Source: an uncultured beta proteobacterium (GTDB lineage: Bacteria; Pseudomonadota; Gammaproteobacteria; Burkholderiales; Casimicrobiaceae). From it: a DNA stretch of 64,000 nt. Numbering within the stretch: the stretch's first letter is position 1; each line of letters opens with the position of its first letter. This document shows, in pieces, positions 38,655 through 47,364 of this stretch. The notes beneath the pieces are model-generated. The model saw nothing but the letters and a program-made list of their open reading frames with translations. It was not told the origin of the DNA and searched no databases. The translations under genes were made by a program, and so were the position numbers. The DNA is taken from NCBI GenBank assembly GCA_963779445.1, contig CAVZYI010000003.1, positions 21,047 to 85,046 on the forward strand, read 5' to 3'.

Positions 38655-40022
38655 TCAATAGCTCCCGGGCGAGGCGAAGCTTTCGAATCGCGTGTACTCG
38701 CCGAGGAAGGTGAGGCGCACCGTGCCTATCGGGCCGTTCCGCTGCTTGCCGATGATGATCTCGGCCACGCCCTTTTCCTGCGTGTCGGGGTTGTAGACCT
38801 CGTCGCGATAGATGAACAGGATCAGGTCGGCATCCTGCTCGATCGCCCCGCTCTCGCGAAGATCGGACATCACCGGCCGCTTGTTCGGCCGCTGTTCGAG
38901 CGACCGGTTGAGCTGCGAGAGCGCCATCACCGGAACCCGGAGCTCCTTCGCCAGCGCCTTCATCGATCGCGAGATCTCGGAGATCTCGGTGGCGCGATTC
39001 TCCCCGCTCGTCGATGCCTGCATCAGCTGCAGGTAATCGACGATGACGAGGCCGAGCTTGCCGTAGCTCTTCATGAGCCGCCGGGCGCGCGAGCGCACTT
39101 CGATCGCGTTGAGCGCGGGCGTTTCGTCGATGAGTATCGGAGCCTCGTTGAGCCGGCCGAGCGCGGCGGTGAGCCTTTCCCAGTCCTCGCTGGCGAGCCG
39201 TCCGGTGCGCAGCTTGTGCTGGTCGAGGCGGCCGACCGATCCGATCATGCGCAGCGCGAGCTGCGAGGCGCCCATTTCCATGGAAAAGACCACCACCGGC
39301 AGGCCGGCGTTGAGCGCGACGTGCTCGCCGATGTTCAATGCCAGCGCCGTCTTGCCCATGCTCGGGCGTCCGGCGACGACGACGAGATCGCCCGGCTGCA
39401 AGCCCGAGGTCATCCGGTCGAGATCAGGGAACCCCGTCGGCACGCCGGTGACGTCGGAGGGATCGTCGCGGTTGTAGAGCGTCTCGATCCGCTCGACCAC
39501 GCCGGCCAGCAGCGTGCCGATCTCCTGGAACTGCTGCGTTCCGCGCGAGCCCTGCTCGGCGATGTGCAGCACCTTGGCTTCGGCCTGGTCGAGGACTTCC
39601 TTCGCGCTGCGGCCGAGCGGATTGTACGCGGCGTCGGCGATGTCGCCGGCGGTCGCCGCGAGCTGGCGCAATATGGAGCGGTCGCGGACGATCTGCGCAT
39701 AGTGGCGGATGTTCGCGGCGGTGGGGACGTTCTGGACCAGCGCGCCCAGGTAGGCGAGCCCGCCGATGTAGTCGAGCTTCTGCGTCGAGGCGAGCGATTC
39801 GGATACGGTCACCACGTCCGCCGGCTTGCCGTCGGCGACGAGGCCGACGACGTGCTGATAGACGTGCCGATGCGCCTCGCTGTAGAAATCGGTGTCGGAC
39901 AGGACGTCGCCGACCTTGTCGACGGCCTCGTTGTCGAGCAGGAGTCCGCCCAGCACCGACTGCTCGGCCTCCAGCGAATGCGGCGGCAGCTTGAGGGCGT
40001 CGAGTTGCGGGTCGTCGGGCAT
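38655..40022 (-). CDS. dnaB: Replicative DNA helicase DnaB
   Basis: LPPHSLEAEQSVLGGLLLDN, AGRPSMGKTALALN (Walker A), VIVDYLQLM, ALSQLNRSLEQR. ATG 40022. Confidence 0.92.
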   Translation of the reverse strand: MPDDPQLDALKLPPHSLEAEQSVLGGLLLDNEAVDKVGDVLSDTDFYSEAHRHVYQHVVGLVADGKPADVVTVSESLASTQKLDYIGGLAYLGALVQNVPTAANIRHYAQIVRDRSILRQLAATAGDIADAAYNPLGRSAKEVLDQAEAKVLHIAEQGSRGTQQFQEIGTLLAGVVERIETLYNRDDPSDVTGVPTGFPDLDRMTSGLQPGDLVVVAGRPSMGKTALALNIGEHVALNAGLPVVVFSMEMGASQLALRMIGSVGRLDQHKLRTGRLASEDWERLTAALGRLNEAPILIDETPALNAIEVRSRARRLMKSYGKLGLVIVDYLQLMQASTSGENRATEISEISRSMKALAKELRVPVMALSQLNRSLEQRPNKRPVMSDLRESGAIEQDADLILFIYRDEVYNPDTQEKGVAEIIIGKQRNGPIGTVRLTFLGEYTRFESFASPGSY

Positions 40023-40232
40023 GGTGGGGGGTTTGCGCCGTTGCTCTGGCCGTCCGGAAGTCGGCAACCGATGGCGGGACCGTGCGCGATTCGGCGAGCC
40101 CGGCGGATGCATCCGGGAACGTCGATTCTAGCAGGCCGGCGAAGGTCGCCGCGGACCGCCTTCGCGTCGCGGCGTCGGGTGCCGGCGGCAGCACGCGCGG
40201 CGGATGGCGGCGGACGGCCCGCCCCGGCGGCG

Positions 40233-40260
40233 AAAAAAAAGCCCCGCCGTTCGACGGGGC
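40233..40260 (-). terminator. Rho-independent terminator downstream of rplI
   Basis: Minus strand gccccg-tcgaacgg-cggggc followed by T8, 45 nt after the rplI stop. Confidence 0.6.
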
Positions 40261-40304
40261 TTCTTCCGCGGCCCGACCTCGCCGCGCGATCGGAACTGCG
40301 GCTG

Positions 40305-40769
40305 TCAGCCCGCCGCGGTCGACGTGTCGCCCAGCACGGTCACCGTGATGTTCGCCGTCGCGTCGGTATGCACCGCCACGACCAGCGGGTGGTCGCCGAT
40401 GTGCTTCAGGGGTCCGGCCGGCATGCGGATGGCCGCCTTCTCGATGGGGAAGCCCTGGGCCTTCAGCGCGTCGGAGATGTCGCTGTTGGTGACCGAGCCG
40501 AAGAGGCGACCGTCGACGCCGGACTTCTGCGTGATCTGGATCGTCAGGCCTTCGAGCTTGGCGACCTGCTCCTGCGCCGCGGCGAGCTTGTCGGCAGCCG
40601 CCTTCTCGAGTTCGGCGCGCTTCTCGTCCAGCATCTTGATGTTCTCGGGCGTGGCGCGCTTCGCCTTCCCTTGCGGGATCAGGAAGTTGCGCGCGTAACC
40701 TTGCTTGACCTTGACGACGTCGCCCAGATTGCCGACGTTGACGATCTTCTCGAGCAGGATGATTTGCAT
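40305..40769 (-). CDS. rplI: 50S ribosomal protein L9
   Basis: [36 protein letters not shown]. Confidence 0.92.
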   Translation of the reverse strand: MQIILLEKIVNVGNLGDVVKVKQGYARNFLIPQGKAKRATPENIKMLDEKRAELEKAAADKLAAAQEQVAKLEGLTIQITQKSGVDGRLFGSVTNSDISDALKAQGFPIEKAAIRMPAGPLKHIGDHPLVVAVHTDATANITVTVLGDTSTAAG

Positions 40770-40781
40770 GGGGTTCTCCGC

Positions 40782-41063
40782 TCAATGCAGGTCGGTGTAC
40801 GGGATGAGCGCGAGGTAGCGCGCGCGCTTGATCGCCGTGCCCAGCTGGCGCTGGTAGCGGGACTTGGTGCCGGTGATCCGCGCCGGCATGATCTTGCCGT
40901 TTTCCTGGACGAAGTCCTTCAGGACCTCGATGTCCTTGTAGTCGATCTCCTTGACGCCTTCCGCGGTGAAGCGGCAGAACTTCTTGCGCTTGAACAGGTT
41001 GTTCCCGCGTTCACGCTTCTTGCCATCCTTCTTCTTGCCAAATCTTCCTTGGGGGCGGGGCAT
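40782..41063 (-). CDS. rpsR: 30S ribosomal protein S18
   Basis: [43 protein letters not shown]. Confidence 0.92.
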   Translation of the reverse strand: MPRPQGRFGKKKDGKKRERGNNLFKRKKFCRFTAEGVKEIDYKDIEVLKDFVQENGKIMPARITGTKSRYQRQLGTAIKRARYLALIPYTDLH

Positions 41064-41064
41064 T

Positions 41065-41373
41065 TCAGTTTCCTTCCGTCAATTCGAATTCGTTTATGTG
41101 CAGGGCCACGGTGATGCCGGTGCGGTAACGCCGCGCGAGAAAACCGGTGCAGCGCAACGCGGTCCCGACCGGCACGTGAGCCAGCGCCTTTGCCGGTTCA
41201 CCGAACGCCACCGCCGCCAGCTCGCAATCGACCTTGCGCAGGGCACCGCCTTCAGGCTGGACCGACGCATGCTTCAGGACGCATTCCAGTGCCGCGATGC
41301 CGGCCGGGGTATAGCGCAGGTCGCCGCGTTCGGAAAGCGTGGCATCAAGCGTGAGCCGATTCGCGCCGGGCAC
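41065..41373 (-). CDS. priB: Primosomal replication protein N (PriB)
   Basis: GTG 41373; [55 protein letters not shown]. Sits between rpsF and rpsR as in the conserved operon. The ORF start at 41544 overlaps rpsF and is rejected. Confidence 0.75.
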   Translation of the reverse strand: MPGANRLTLDATLSERGDLRYTPAGIAALECVLKHASVQPEGGALRKVDCELAAVAFGEPAKALAHVPVGTALRCTGFLARRYRTGITVALHINEFELTEGN

Positions 41374-41398
41374 GGGGCCGAGGGTCGCGCGAATCCCG

Positions 41399-41893
41399 TT
41401 ACGCCGCGGTTGTCGGAGCTGCCGGGTCGGCCGCAGGCGGCGCTTCGGCGACAGCCGGTGCCGGCCGCGGTCCGCGGTCGCCACGGTCGCCGCGATCACC
41501 GCGGTCGCCGCGATCGCCACGGTCACCGCGATCGCCACGGTCACCGCGATCGCCGTCGCGGGCAGGCCTGGGCTTTTCTTCCCGCATCATCGGCGACGGC
41601 GCCACGACGGCTTCCTTCATCGCGACGATCAGGTGGCGCAGCACCGCGTCGTTGAACTTGAACGCGTGTTCGAGCTCGTCGAGCGTCTCCTGGTCGACCT
41701 CGATGTTCATCAGCACGTAGTGTGCCTTGTGGATCTTGGCGATCGGGTAGGCGAGCTGGCGCCGGCCCCAGTCTTCGAGGCGGTGGATCCGGCCATTCTT
41801 GCCGGTGATGGTCGTGCGATAGCGCTCGACCATCGCGGGCACCTGCTCGCTCTGGTCGGGATGCACGATGAAAACGACTTCGTAATGACGCAT
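41399..41893 (-). CDS. rpsF: 30S ribosomal protein S6 with an Arg/Asp/Gly repeat C-terminal extension
   Basis: [25 protein letters not shown]...[18 protein letters not shown]; tail RDG(DRG)x9 then a Pro/Ala-rich end. Confidence 0.9.
   Translation of the reverse strand: MRHYEVVFIVHPDQSEQVPAMVERYRTTITGKNGRIHRLEDWGRRQLAYPIAKIHKAHYVLMNIEVDQETLDELEHAFKFNDAVLRHLIVAMKEAVVAPSPMMREEKPRPARDGDRGDRGDRGDRGDRGDRGDRGDRGDRGPRPAPAVAEAPPAADPAAPTTAA
41471..41560 (-). repeat. In-frame tandem repeat (9-nt / 18-nt periodicity) encoding (DRG)n in the S6 tail
   Basis: Forward ...cgcgatcgccacggtcaccgcgatcgccacggtcaccgcgatcgcc...; about 10 triplet-peptide units. Confidence 0.8.
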
Positions 41894-41980
41894 GCAGATC
41901 GCTCCTTGTGGGCTGTTGGGCGGCGCGAAGGGCCGCGGTCGGCCTCCCCGTCTGCGGCGGGTGAGGCAAGGGAACCGATG

Positions 41981-42009
41981 ATTCTAAACGATTTTGCCAT
42001 CCAAAACAA
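41981..42009 (-). promoter_or_regulatory. Candidate sigma70 promoter of the rpsF operon
   Basis: Minus strand TTGTTT (42004-42009), 17-nt spacer, TAGAAT (41981-41986); about 85 nt upstream of the rpsF ATG. Confidence 0.4.
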
Positions 42010-42111
42010 GGTGAAGCCGCCGGTGCCTCGCGGCCGGGTCGTCGTTTCCGGCCTGCGACGGCGCCTCGCTCTCCCGCATTCCTGAAGCGCGCCGGCGCCG
42101 GTCGCGACCGG

Positions 42112-44004
42112 TCAGCGCCGGTCGAGCCGATAGATCCGCGACTCGCCATAGGCCTTGGCCAGCTCCAGGCGGCCGATGTATTCCAGCGCGAATTCGTCCT
42201 TGCCGGTGGCGACCAGCGTCGCGGCGAAGGCTTCGCTCGCGTACACCATGCCGGTCGGCGTCACCGGCTCGATACGCGCCGCCTTGGTGACGCTCGATCC
42301 GAAATAGCTCTCGCGGCCCATGATCGGGTCGAATCCGCAGAACACCGGGCCGGCGTGCAGCGCGATGCGGATCTGGCTGCTGTCCGGCAGCCCGGCCGCC
42401 GTCCAGTCGATGCCGAGCATGTTCGCCAGAAGGCGCAACGCGAACTCGGCGCCGTCGCGGGGCGACGCGAACACGGCGTACAGCGCATCGCCCCAGGTCT
42501 TGGCTTCCAGCGGCTTGATCGGAGAGGCCGCGATTTCCGCGGCGACGACATCGAGGAAACGTGACTGGAACAGCGGCGCATAGGCATCGTGCAGCCGGCT
42601 GTAGCCCGCAAAGTCGGCGAACAGCAGCGTCTTCAGCGTCCGTTGCGGGAGCGTGGCAGCGCCCATTCCGTCGGACACGACGACCGCAGCGGGCCCACCC
42701 GCTGCCCCGGGCATCGGGCCGCGACCGGGCGCGCCATCCGCGACGGCCCTGGTGCCGGAACCGGCCTCTGCCCGAAGCAGGCTCAGGTCGATCACCTGCG
42801 GCGGGCCGACGTTCGCCTGCCAGCGCTCGAACGACGACAGCGTGCCGCCCACCCCGCCTCGCGCCGCCGAATCGAGCACGCAGAGCAGCGACGGAGCGGT
42901 CTGCAGCTGCGCGGCGCGCAGCACGGCAAAGCCTTCGAGCAGCAGCGCCGCGTGTTCGAAGAGCACGTCGTCATCGAGGTAACCCTCTTCGGTGGCCATG
43001 ATCACCCGCGTCGCCCGGGCGAGAGCCGCGTCGAAGCGCGGCAGCCACGCGGCGCCGCCGACGGCCACGCTGCTGCGCACGAAGTCCTCACGGTCGAAGG
43101 GCAGCACCACGTTGACCTCGGCGCCGACGGCAAGCGCCGCCTCGATGAACATCAGGTCGGAGCCGCAGGCGGCCGACGTATAGACGACGGGCTCGTGGAG
43201 GCGCGCGAGATGCCGGCGGAATGCATCCTCGACGGCGCTCGCCAGCGCCGCCGGAAACCGGGGCACGGGCCGCCCTGGGGCGTCGATCATGTGGCCGGCG
43301 AACGCCAGCACGTCGGCGGCAGGCAGGACCCGCATCGCGCCGGCGGCTTCGGGTATGACCCGTGCGAGCAACCCGACCTGCCGGCGCATCGTCGCCACGC
43401 TGCCGGCGTCGCCCGGAGCGAGCGCGAACGCGGCGGCGTAGCTCTGCCGCGCCCGATCGAACGCTCCGAGCAGCAATTCGGCCTCGCCTGCCGTCGCGTG
43501 GTCCCAGCACGTCGGCGGCGTCGCCTGCGCGGCAAGCTGCGCGAGGATTTCCTGCGCGAGCCGTCGCGCCTCCGCACGGTCGCCGAGCAGCAGCGACAGG
43601 GTGGCGGCATTGATGCCGGGGTACGTGTCGTGCCGCAGCGCGTAAGCCGCGAGATATTCGTCGCGCGCGCGCTCGGCCATCGCCGCCGCGCCGGGGGAAT
43701 CCGGCGCGCGATGGAAGCCGTCCTTCCACAGGCGTCCGCGCAGGCTCAGGATGTCGGCGAGCAGCGCTGCCGGCGCGCCAGCCTGCGCCCGGTCGAGCAG
43801 CGCGTGCGCCTCGTGGGTTGCGCCTGCCCTCGCGTGGGCCAGCGCGCCGCAATAGAGGAGCTCGGGTTCGAGCGGCCGCGACGCGACCGCGTCGCGGAAC
43901 GCGTCGCAGGCGTCCCAAGGCGCGCCGTGCGCGAGATGGCTGCGGATGCGCGCGCAGGCGTCGGCAGCGGCGGGGGGGGCCCCGTCGGAAAGGATCTGCT
44001 GCAT
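42112..44004 (-). CDS. DUF4071/TRAF-binding-like TPR region + SLOG/DprA-like Rossmann region + class III nucleotidyl (adenylate/guanylate-type) cyclase
   Basis: 630 aa. LSLRGRLWKDGF...YALRHDTYPGINAATLSLLLG; VLAFAGHMIDAPG...VVYTSAACGSDLMFIEAALAVGAEVNVVLPF; cyclase LLFADFAGYSRL, TWGDALYAVF, IRIALHAGPVFCG, YFGSSVTKAARIE. Confidence 0.7.
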   Translation of the reverse strand: MQQILSDGAPPAAADACARIRSHLAHGAPWDACDAFRDAVASRPLEPELLYCGALAHARAGATHEAHALLDRAQAGAPAALLADILSLRGRLWKDGFHRAPDSPGAAAMAERARDEYLAAYALRHDTYPGINAATLSLLLGDRAEARRLAQEILAQLAAQATPPTCWDHATAGEAELLLGAFDRARQSYAAAFALAPGDAGSVATMRRQVGLLARVIPEAAGAMRVLPAADVLAFAGHMIDAPGRPVPRFPAALASAVEDAFRRHLARLHEPVVYTSAACGSDLMFIEAALAVGAEVNVVLPFDREDFVRSSVAVGGAAWLPRFDAALARATRVIMATEEGYLDDDVLFEHAALLLEGFAVLRAAQLQTAPSLLCVLDSAARGGVGGTLSSFERWQANVGPPQVIDLSLLRAEAGSGTRAVADGAPGRGPMPGAAGGPAAVVVSDGMGAATLPQRTLKTLLFADFAGYSRLHDAYAPLFQSRFLDVVAAEIAASPIKPLEAKTWGDALYAVFASPRDGAEFALRLLANMLGIDWTAAGLPDSSQIRIALHAGPVFCGFDPIMGRESYFGSSVTKAARIEPVTPTGMVYASEAFAATLVATGKDEFALEYIGRLELAKAYGESRIYRLDRR

Positions 44005-44123
44005 GCGGGGTGTCGGGCCGATCGTCGCGGACGCCTAGCGCTGCCGCTTCAATCCTTCGGCGATGCGCTCACGCCACACCTGTGCGGTCCCCGGCGCGCG
44101 CATTTCGTTCGGCGGCTCGACGC

Positions 44124-47100
44124 TCAGCGCGTTGCGCGCCGTGCGTCGGCAATCAGCGCCTGCGCAGTCAGGCTCCTGCGCGCGCCACGCGCTTCGGCAG
44201 GCAAGCTGTCGAGCGCGGCCTGGGCTTCGGCGAGCAGGGCGCCGGCTTTCGACGGCGTCGATTGCGCCGAGGCCAGCAGCGCGAGCGCCAGGCTGAGCTT
44301 GTGCCACTGCTCGTCGGTCTTTCGCGCACTGAATTCGCGCTGGAACGCGAGCGCGGGTCCGGCCAGCGCGCGTGCTTCGTCGTTGCGTCCGACGCGAGCC
44401 AGCGCGATCGCGAGCAGCACCGCATCGTCGGCCGCTTCGCGCCGTCCGCCGAGGGTGCGCGCGGGCAGCTGCTTGCGCGCTTCGGCGAGACGGCCGAATT
44501 GCTCCTGCGCGGCGGCGAAGTCCCCGTCCTGCAGTTCGGCCCAGCCCAGCGCCAGGTGCAGATTGCGAAGTCCGTCCGCAACGCGCTCGCGGCCGAAGGC
44601 ATCGGGAGGCTTCAGTTGCAGCAGCTTCTCCCGCACTCCCTTGGCGGCGGCACGGGCGCGCGCCGGGTCGCCCAGGCGTGCGGCCAGCTGCACCGGGCCG
44701 ACAGCCGTCCCTGCGCGAAAGATGGCATGCTCGAAAGAGGTCTCGGGGATGCCGCGCATGAAGGTGTCGAAATAGCGCAGCGAGTCGGCGAGGTATCTCT
44801 CTGCCGCCGCAGGCTGTCCGAGGTCGGCGGCGAGCATCGAGGCCCAGTAGAGCGACTCGGAGACCGGGCCCGCGATCAGGGGCGAGGTCGCGGCAAGGGC
44901 CTCTCCCTCACGGTTCTCCAGGAACCTGGCCAGTGCGTCGCGCAGGCGCCCCATATCCCACAAGGCACCCGCCGCGTTCGAGCGCGAGATGAGCGAGTTG
45001 CCTCTCGCGATCATGTTGCTGGGGTCGATCCTCGCCAGCAGCGCCGAGTCCCGCATCGACTGTTCGGCAGCGGCCAGGCGGCGTGCCGGCTGCACTTCGC
45101 TTTCCGCCACCTGGGCCAGCGCCGATGAAATCAATCCACGTGCGCGCAAGGCGAGCATGTTGGTCGGCTGCTGATCGAGCACCAGCGAGGTCGCTCGAAG
45201 TCCTTCTTCACCTGTACGGACGGCGTCTTCCGGCCGGCCCAGATTGCCGTAGGTCTCGACCAGCCAGCCGGCCGCGATGCCGAAACGGGCCGCGGCATCG
45301 CTGTCGGCCCGCAGGTTGTCGATGCTGCGGTAGGCTGCCAGCGCCGCGTTCTGTGAGACCAGCGCGGTTTCGTACTGGCCCTGGCGGGTTTGCACGTATC
45401 CGAGCTGATCCAGAGCCGCCGCATAGGCGCGCCGCAGGGCGACGCTCGCGTCGCTCGCCTTCGCCGCCGGCAGAAGCACCGTCACGGCCCGTTCCGCGGG
45501 GGGCAGCGCGGCGCGGTCGAAGCCGCCCGAGTCCACCGCGCGCGACTGCGCGACCAGACCGAGAGACAGGCCGATCGCGGCGGCCTCGCTCGCATCGCCC
45601 TTCGCGCGCAGTGCATCGAGCGCAGGAATCGCCACCGCGAACACCTCGCGCGCTTCGTCGACCTTGCCCTGGGTGCGCAGCACCGCGCCGTAGCGCACCT
45701 GTGCCAGCGCCTGGTTGCGCTCGGTGTCGGGCGTGCGCAATTCGGCCGGCAGGGCGTTGTAGTAGTCGATCGCGCGCTTGGCAAGCTCGCCGACGATGTT
45801 GAGACGGCCGACGGGTTCGAGTTCGCGGTAGAAGTCGTCGAGCAGGTAGACGACGAGCTTTTCGGATTCTCCGCGCGCGGTTTCGGCGATCGCCCGCGTG
45901 GCCTGCGCGCGCTGCATGTTCCAGACACCGAACACGGCCGCGCCGACGGCGACGACGGCCAGCGCGACGCAACCGGCCGCGATCTTGCGCGCGCGGATCA
46001 GCGCCTTGCGTGTGGCGATTTCGCGATCGCGCTGCTCGGCGAGCCTGCGCTCGGCCTCGTCGCGCGCTTCCCGCTCGTGGCGCAGGTCGCGGCTCGCCGT
46101 CACGACGCTGCACAGCACGTCGTGCGTCAGCTCCACGCGGCGCAGGTCGAGCCGCTCCTCGATGCGCAGGAGCCGCCGGTTGACCAGCTTCGACAGCGCG
46201 TCCGGCGGGGCCCCTGCCGCGGCGAACGCCTTCCGCACCCGCTCCTCGGCCAGGCTCTCCCTGAAGCCGGACTCGGTGATCATCTCGTCCTCGACGAACT
46301 TGCGCACGCCAGGCGGCTGGTCGGCGAGCGCGCGCTCGTAGAACTCGGAGAGGATCGTGTCGCGCGAGCCGGCGAGCAGGTCGGCGGAGATCTCGCTCCT
46401 GCCCTGCGCGATGCGGGCGTTGTTCAACTCGCGGCAGATGAGCGAGAGCAGCGAGGGCTCGACCTCGGCGTTGCGCAGTTCCGAGCCGCCGGCGATGAAG
46501 CGCACGATCGATTCGGCGATCTCCTCGTTGACGAGCGCCCCGCCGGGCTTCACCACGGCGTCGAGCGCCTGCGCGCCGGTCATCCGCGCGAGCCGCATCC
46601 GGTTCTGCGTGATCGAGGGCATCCCGCCCTTCACACCCTCGAGGTGCGCGAGGTAGTCCTCGCGCAGCGCGATCAGGATCCGATAGTCCTCGCGAGTGAA
46701 GTCGAAGCGCTCGGCGGCCGAGTCGTCGTTGTCGATGCGCTCCTCGACGGCCTTCGGCGCCCGGTTCTCCACCAGGTCGGCGAGGTCGGCGATGAACTCC
46801 GCCGCCCGCCGGCGGCCGAACTCGTCGGTCTGGGCGAGCGTGAAGATCTCCTCGAACTGGTCGAAGATGAGCAGCGGGATCAGCGTCTTTCCGTCGGCGT
46901 CGCGCAGCACGTCGTCGCGGTGGTGCAGGAACTCCCACAGCGACTCGCCCTCGACCGCAGCGCCGGCCTGCGTCCATTGCCCCGAGGCCTGCGTTGCCCG
47001 GAAGATCGCCTTCTTGATCTGCTCGGCCGGTGGCGGCGACTCGGGGGCGTAGTCGATGCGCACGTAGACGGGACAGTAGCCCAGCGGGCGCAGCCGCGGG

Positions 47101-47330
47101 ACGATGCCGGCGCGCAGGATCGACGTCTTGCCGAGCCCCGACTGGCCGAACAGGATCGTCAGCAGCTTGCGCTGGACACGACGGCCGAGCTCCGCCACCT
47201 CCTCCTCGCGCCCGTAGAAGTACGCGCGCGTCTCCTCGGTGAACGAGTCGAGGCCGAGCCAGGGGTGCTGCCGGTCGATGGCGGATTGCGAGTCCGCCGG
47301 GATCGCCGGGGCCGTTGCGATTTCGTTCAT
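44124..47330 (-). CDS. STAND-class P-loop NTPase (nSTAND-like) with one predicted TM helix and about 600 aa of C-terminal TPR-like repeats
   Basis: 1068 aa. HPWLGLDSFTEETRAYFYGREEEVAEL, Walker A GQSGLGKTS (47121-47147), Walker B LLIFDQFEE, EPSLLSLICRELN, VELTHDVL, TM IAAGCVALAVVAVGAAVFGVW (45921-45983), then Ala/Leu-rich helical repeats. Confidence 0.7.
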   Translation of the reverse strand: MNEIATAPAIPADSQSAIDRQHPWLGLDSFTEETRAYFYGREEEVAELGRRVQRKLLTILFGQSGLGKTSILRAGIVPRLRPLGYCPVYVRIDYAPESPPPAEQIKKAIFRATQASGQWTQAGAAVEGESLWEFLHHRDDVLRDADGKTLIPLLIFDQFEEIFTLAQTDEFGRRRAAEFIADLADLVENRAPKAVEERIDNDDSAAERFDFTREDYRILIALREDYLAHLEGVKGGMPSITQNRMRLARMTGAQALDAVVKPGGALVNEEIAESIVRFIAGGSELRNAEVEPSLLSLICRELNNARIAQGRSEISADLLAGSRDTILSEFYERALADQPPGVRKFVEDEMITESGFRESLAEERVRKAFAAAGAPPDALSKLVNRRLLRIEERLDLRRVELTHDVLCSVVTASRDLRHEREARDEAERRLAEQRDREIATRKALIRARKIAAGCVALAVVAVGAAVFGVWNMQRAQATRAIAETARGESEKLVVYLLDDFYRELEPVGRLNIVGELAKRAIDYYNALPAELRTPDTERNQALAQVRYGAVLRTQGKVDEAREVFAVAIPALDALRAKGDASEAAAIGLSLGLVAQSRAVDSGGFDRAALPPAERAVTVLLPAAKASDASVALRRAYAAALDQLGYVQTRQGQYETALVSQNAALAAYRSIDNLRADSDAAARFGIAAGWLVETYGNLGRPEDAVRTGEEGLRATSLVLDQQPTNMLALRARGLISSALAQVAESEVQPARRLAAAEQSMRDSALLARIDPSNMIARGNSLISRSNAAGALWDMGRLRDALARFLENREGEALAATSPLIAGPVSESLYWASMLAADLGQPAAAERYLADSLRYFDTFMRGIPETSFEHAIFRAGTAVGPVQLAARLGDPARARAAAKGVREKLLQLKPPDAFGRERVADGLRNLHLALGWAELQDGDFAAAQEQFGRLAEARKQLPARTLGGRREAADDAVLLAIALARVGRNDEARALAGPALAFQREFSARKTDEQWHKLSLALALLASAQSTPSKAGALLAEAQAALDSLPAEARGARRSLTAQALIADARRATR

Positions 47331-47364
47331 GCGGCGGTCGGGTCTGGCACGGGAGGTGCGGCCG

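Noticed and set aside
41065-41544. 159-aa version of priB starting at ATG 41544
   Set aside because: The first 57 codons overlap the rpsF repeat region in another frame (Ala/Thr/Val repeats mirroring the DNA repeat). GTG 41373, just after the rpsF stop, gives a PriB-sized 102-aa protein.
41471-41560. Tandem 9/18-nt repeats considered as a CRISPR-like or VNTR element
   Set aside because: The units are contiguous with no spacers and lie in frame inside rpsF, encoding (DRG)n. Reported only as a coding repeat.
44005-44123. The 119-nt spacer between the STAND and cyclase genes is covered by the tail of ORF 44035..44307 (…SVEPPNEMRAPGTAQVWRERIAEGLKRQR), raising the idea of a C-terminal frameshift that extends the STAND protein
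   Set aside because: I know of no homology to support either ending. Given the indel load elsewhere it cannot be excluded, but the annotated stop at 44124 is kept.
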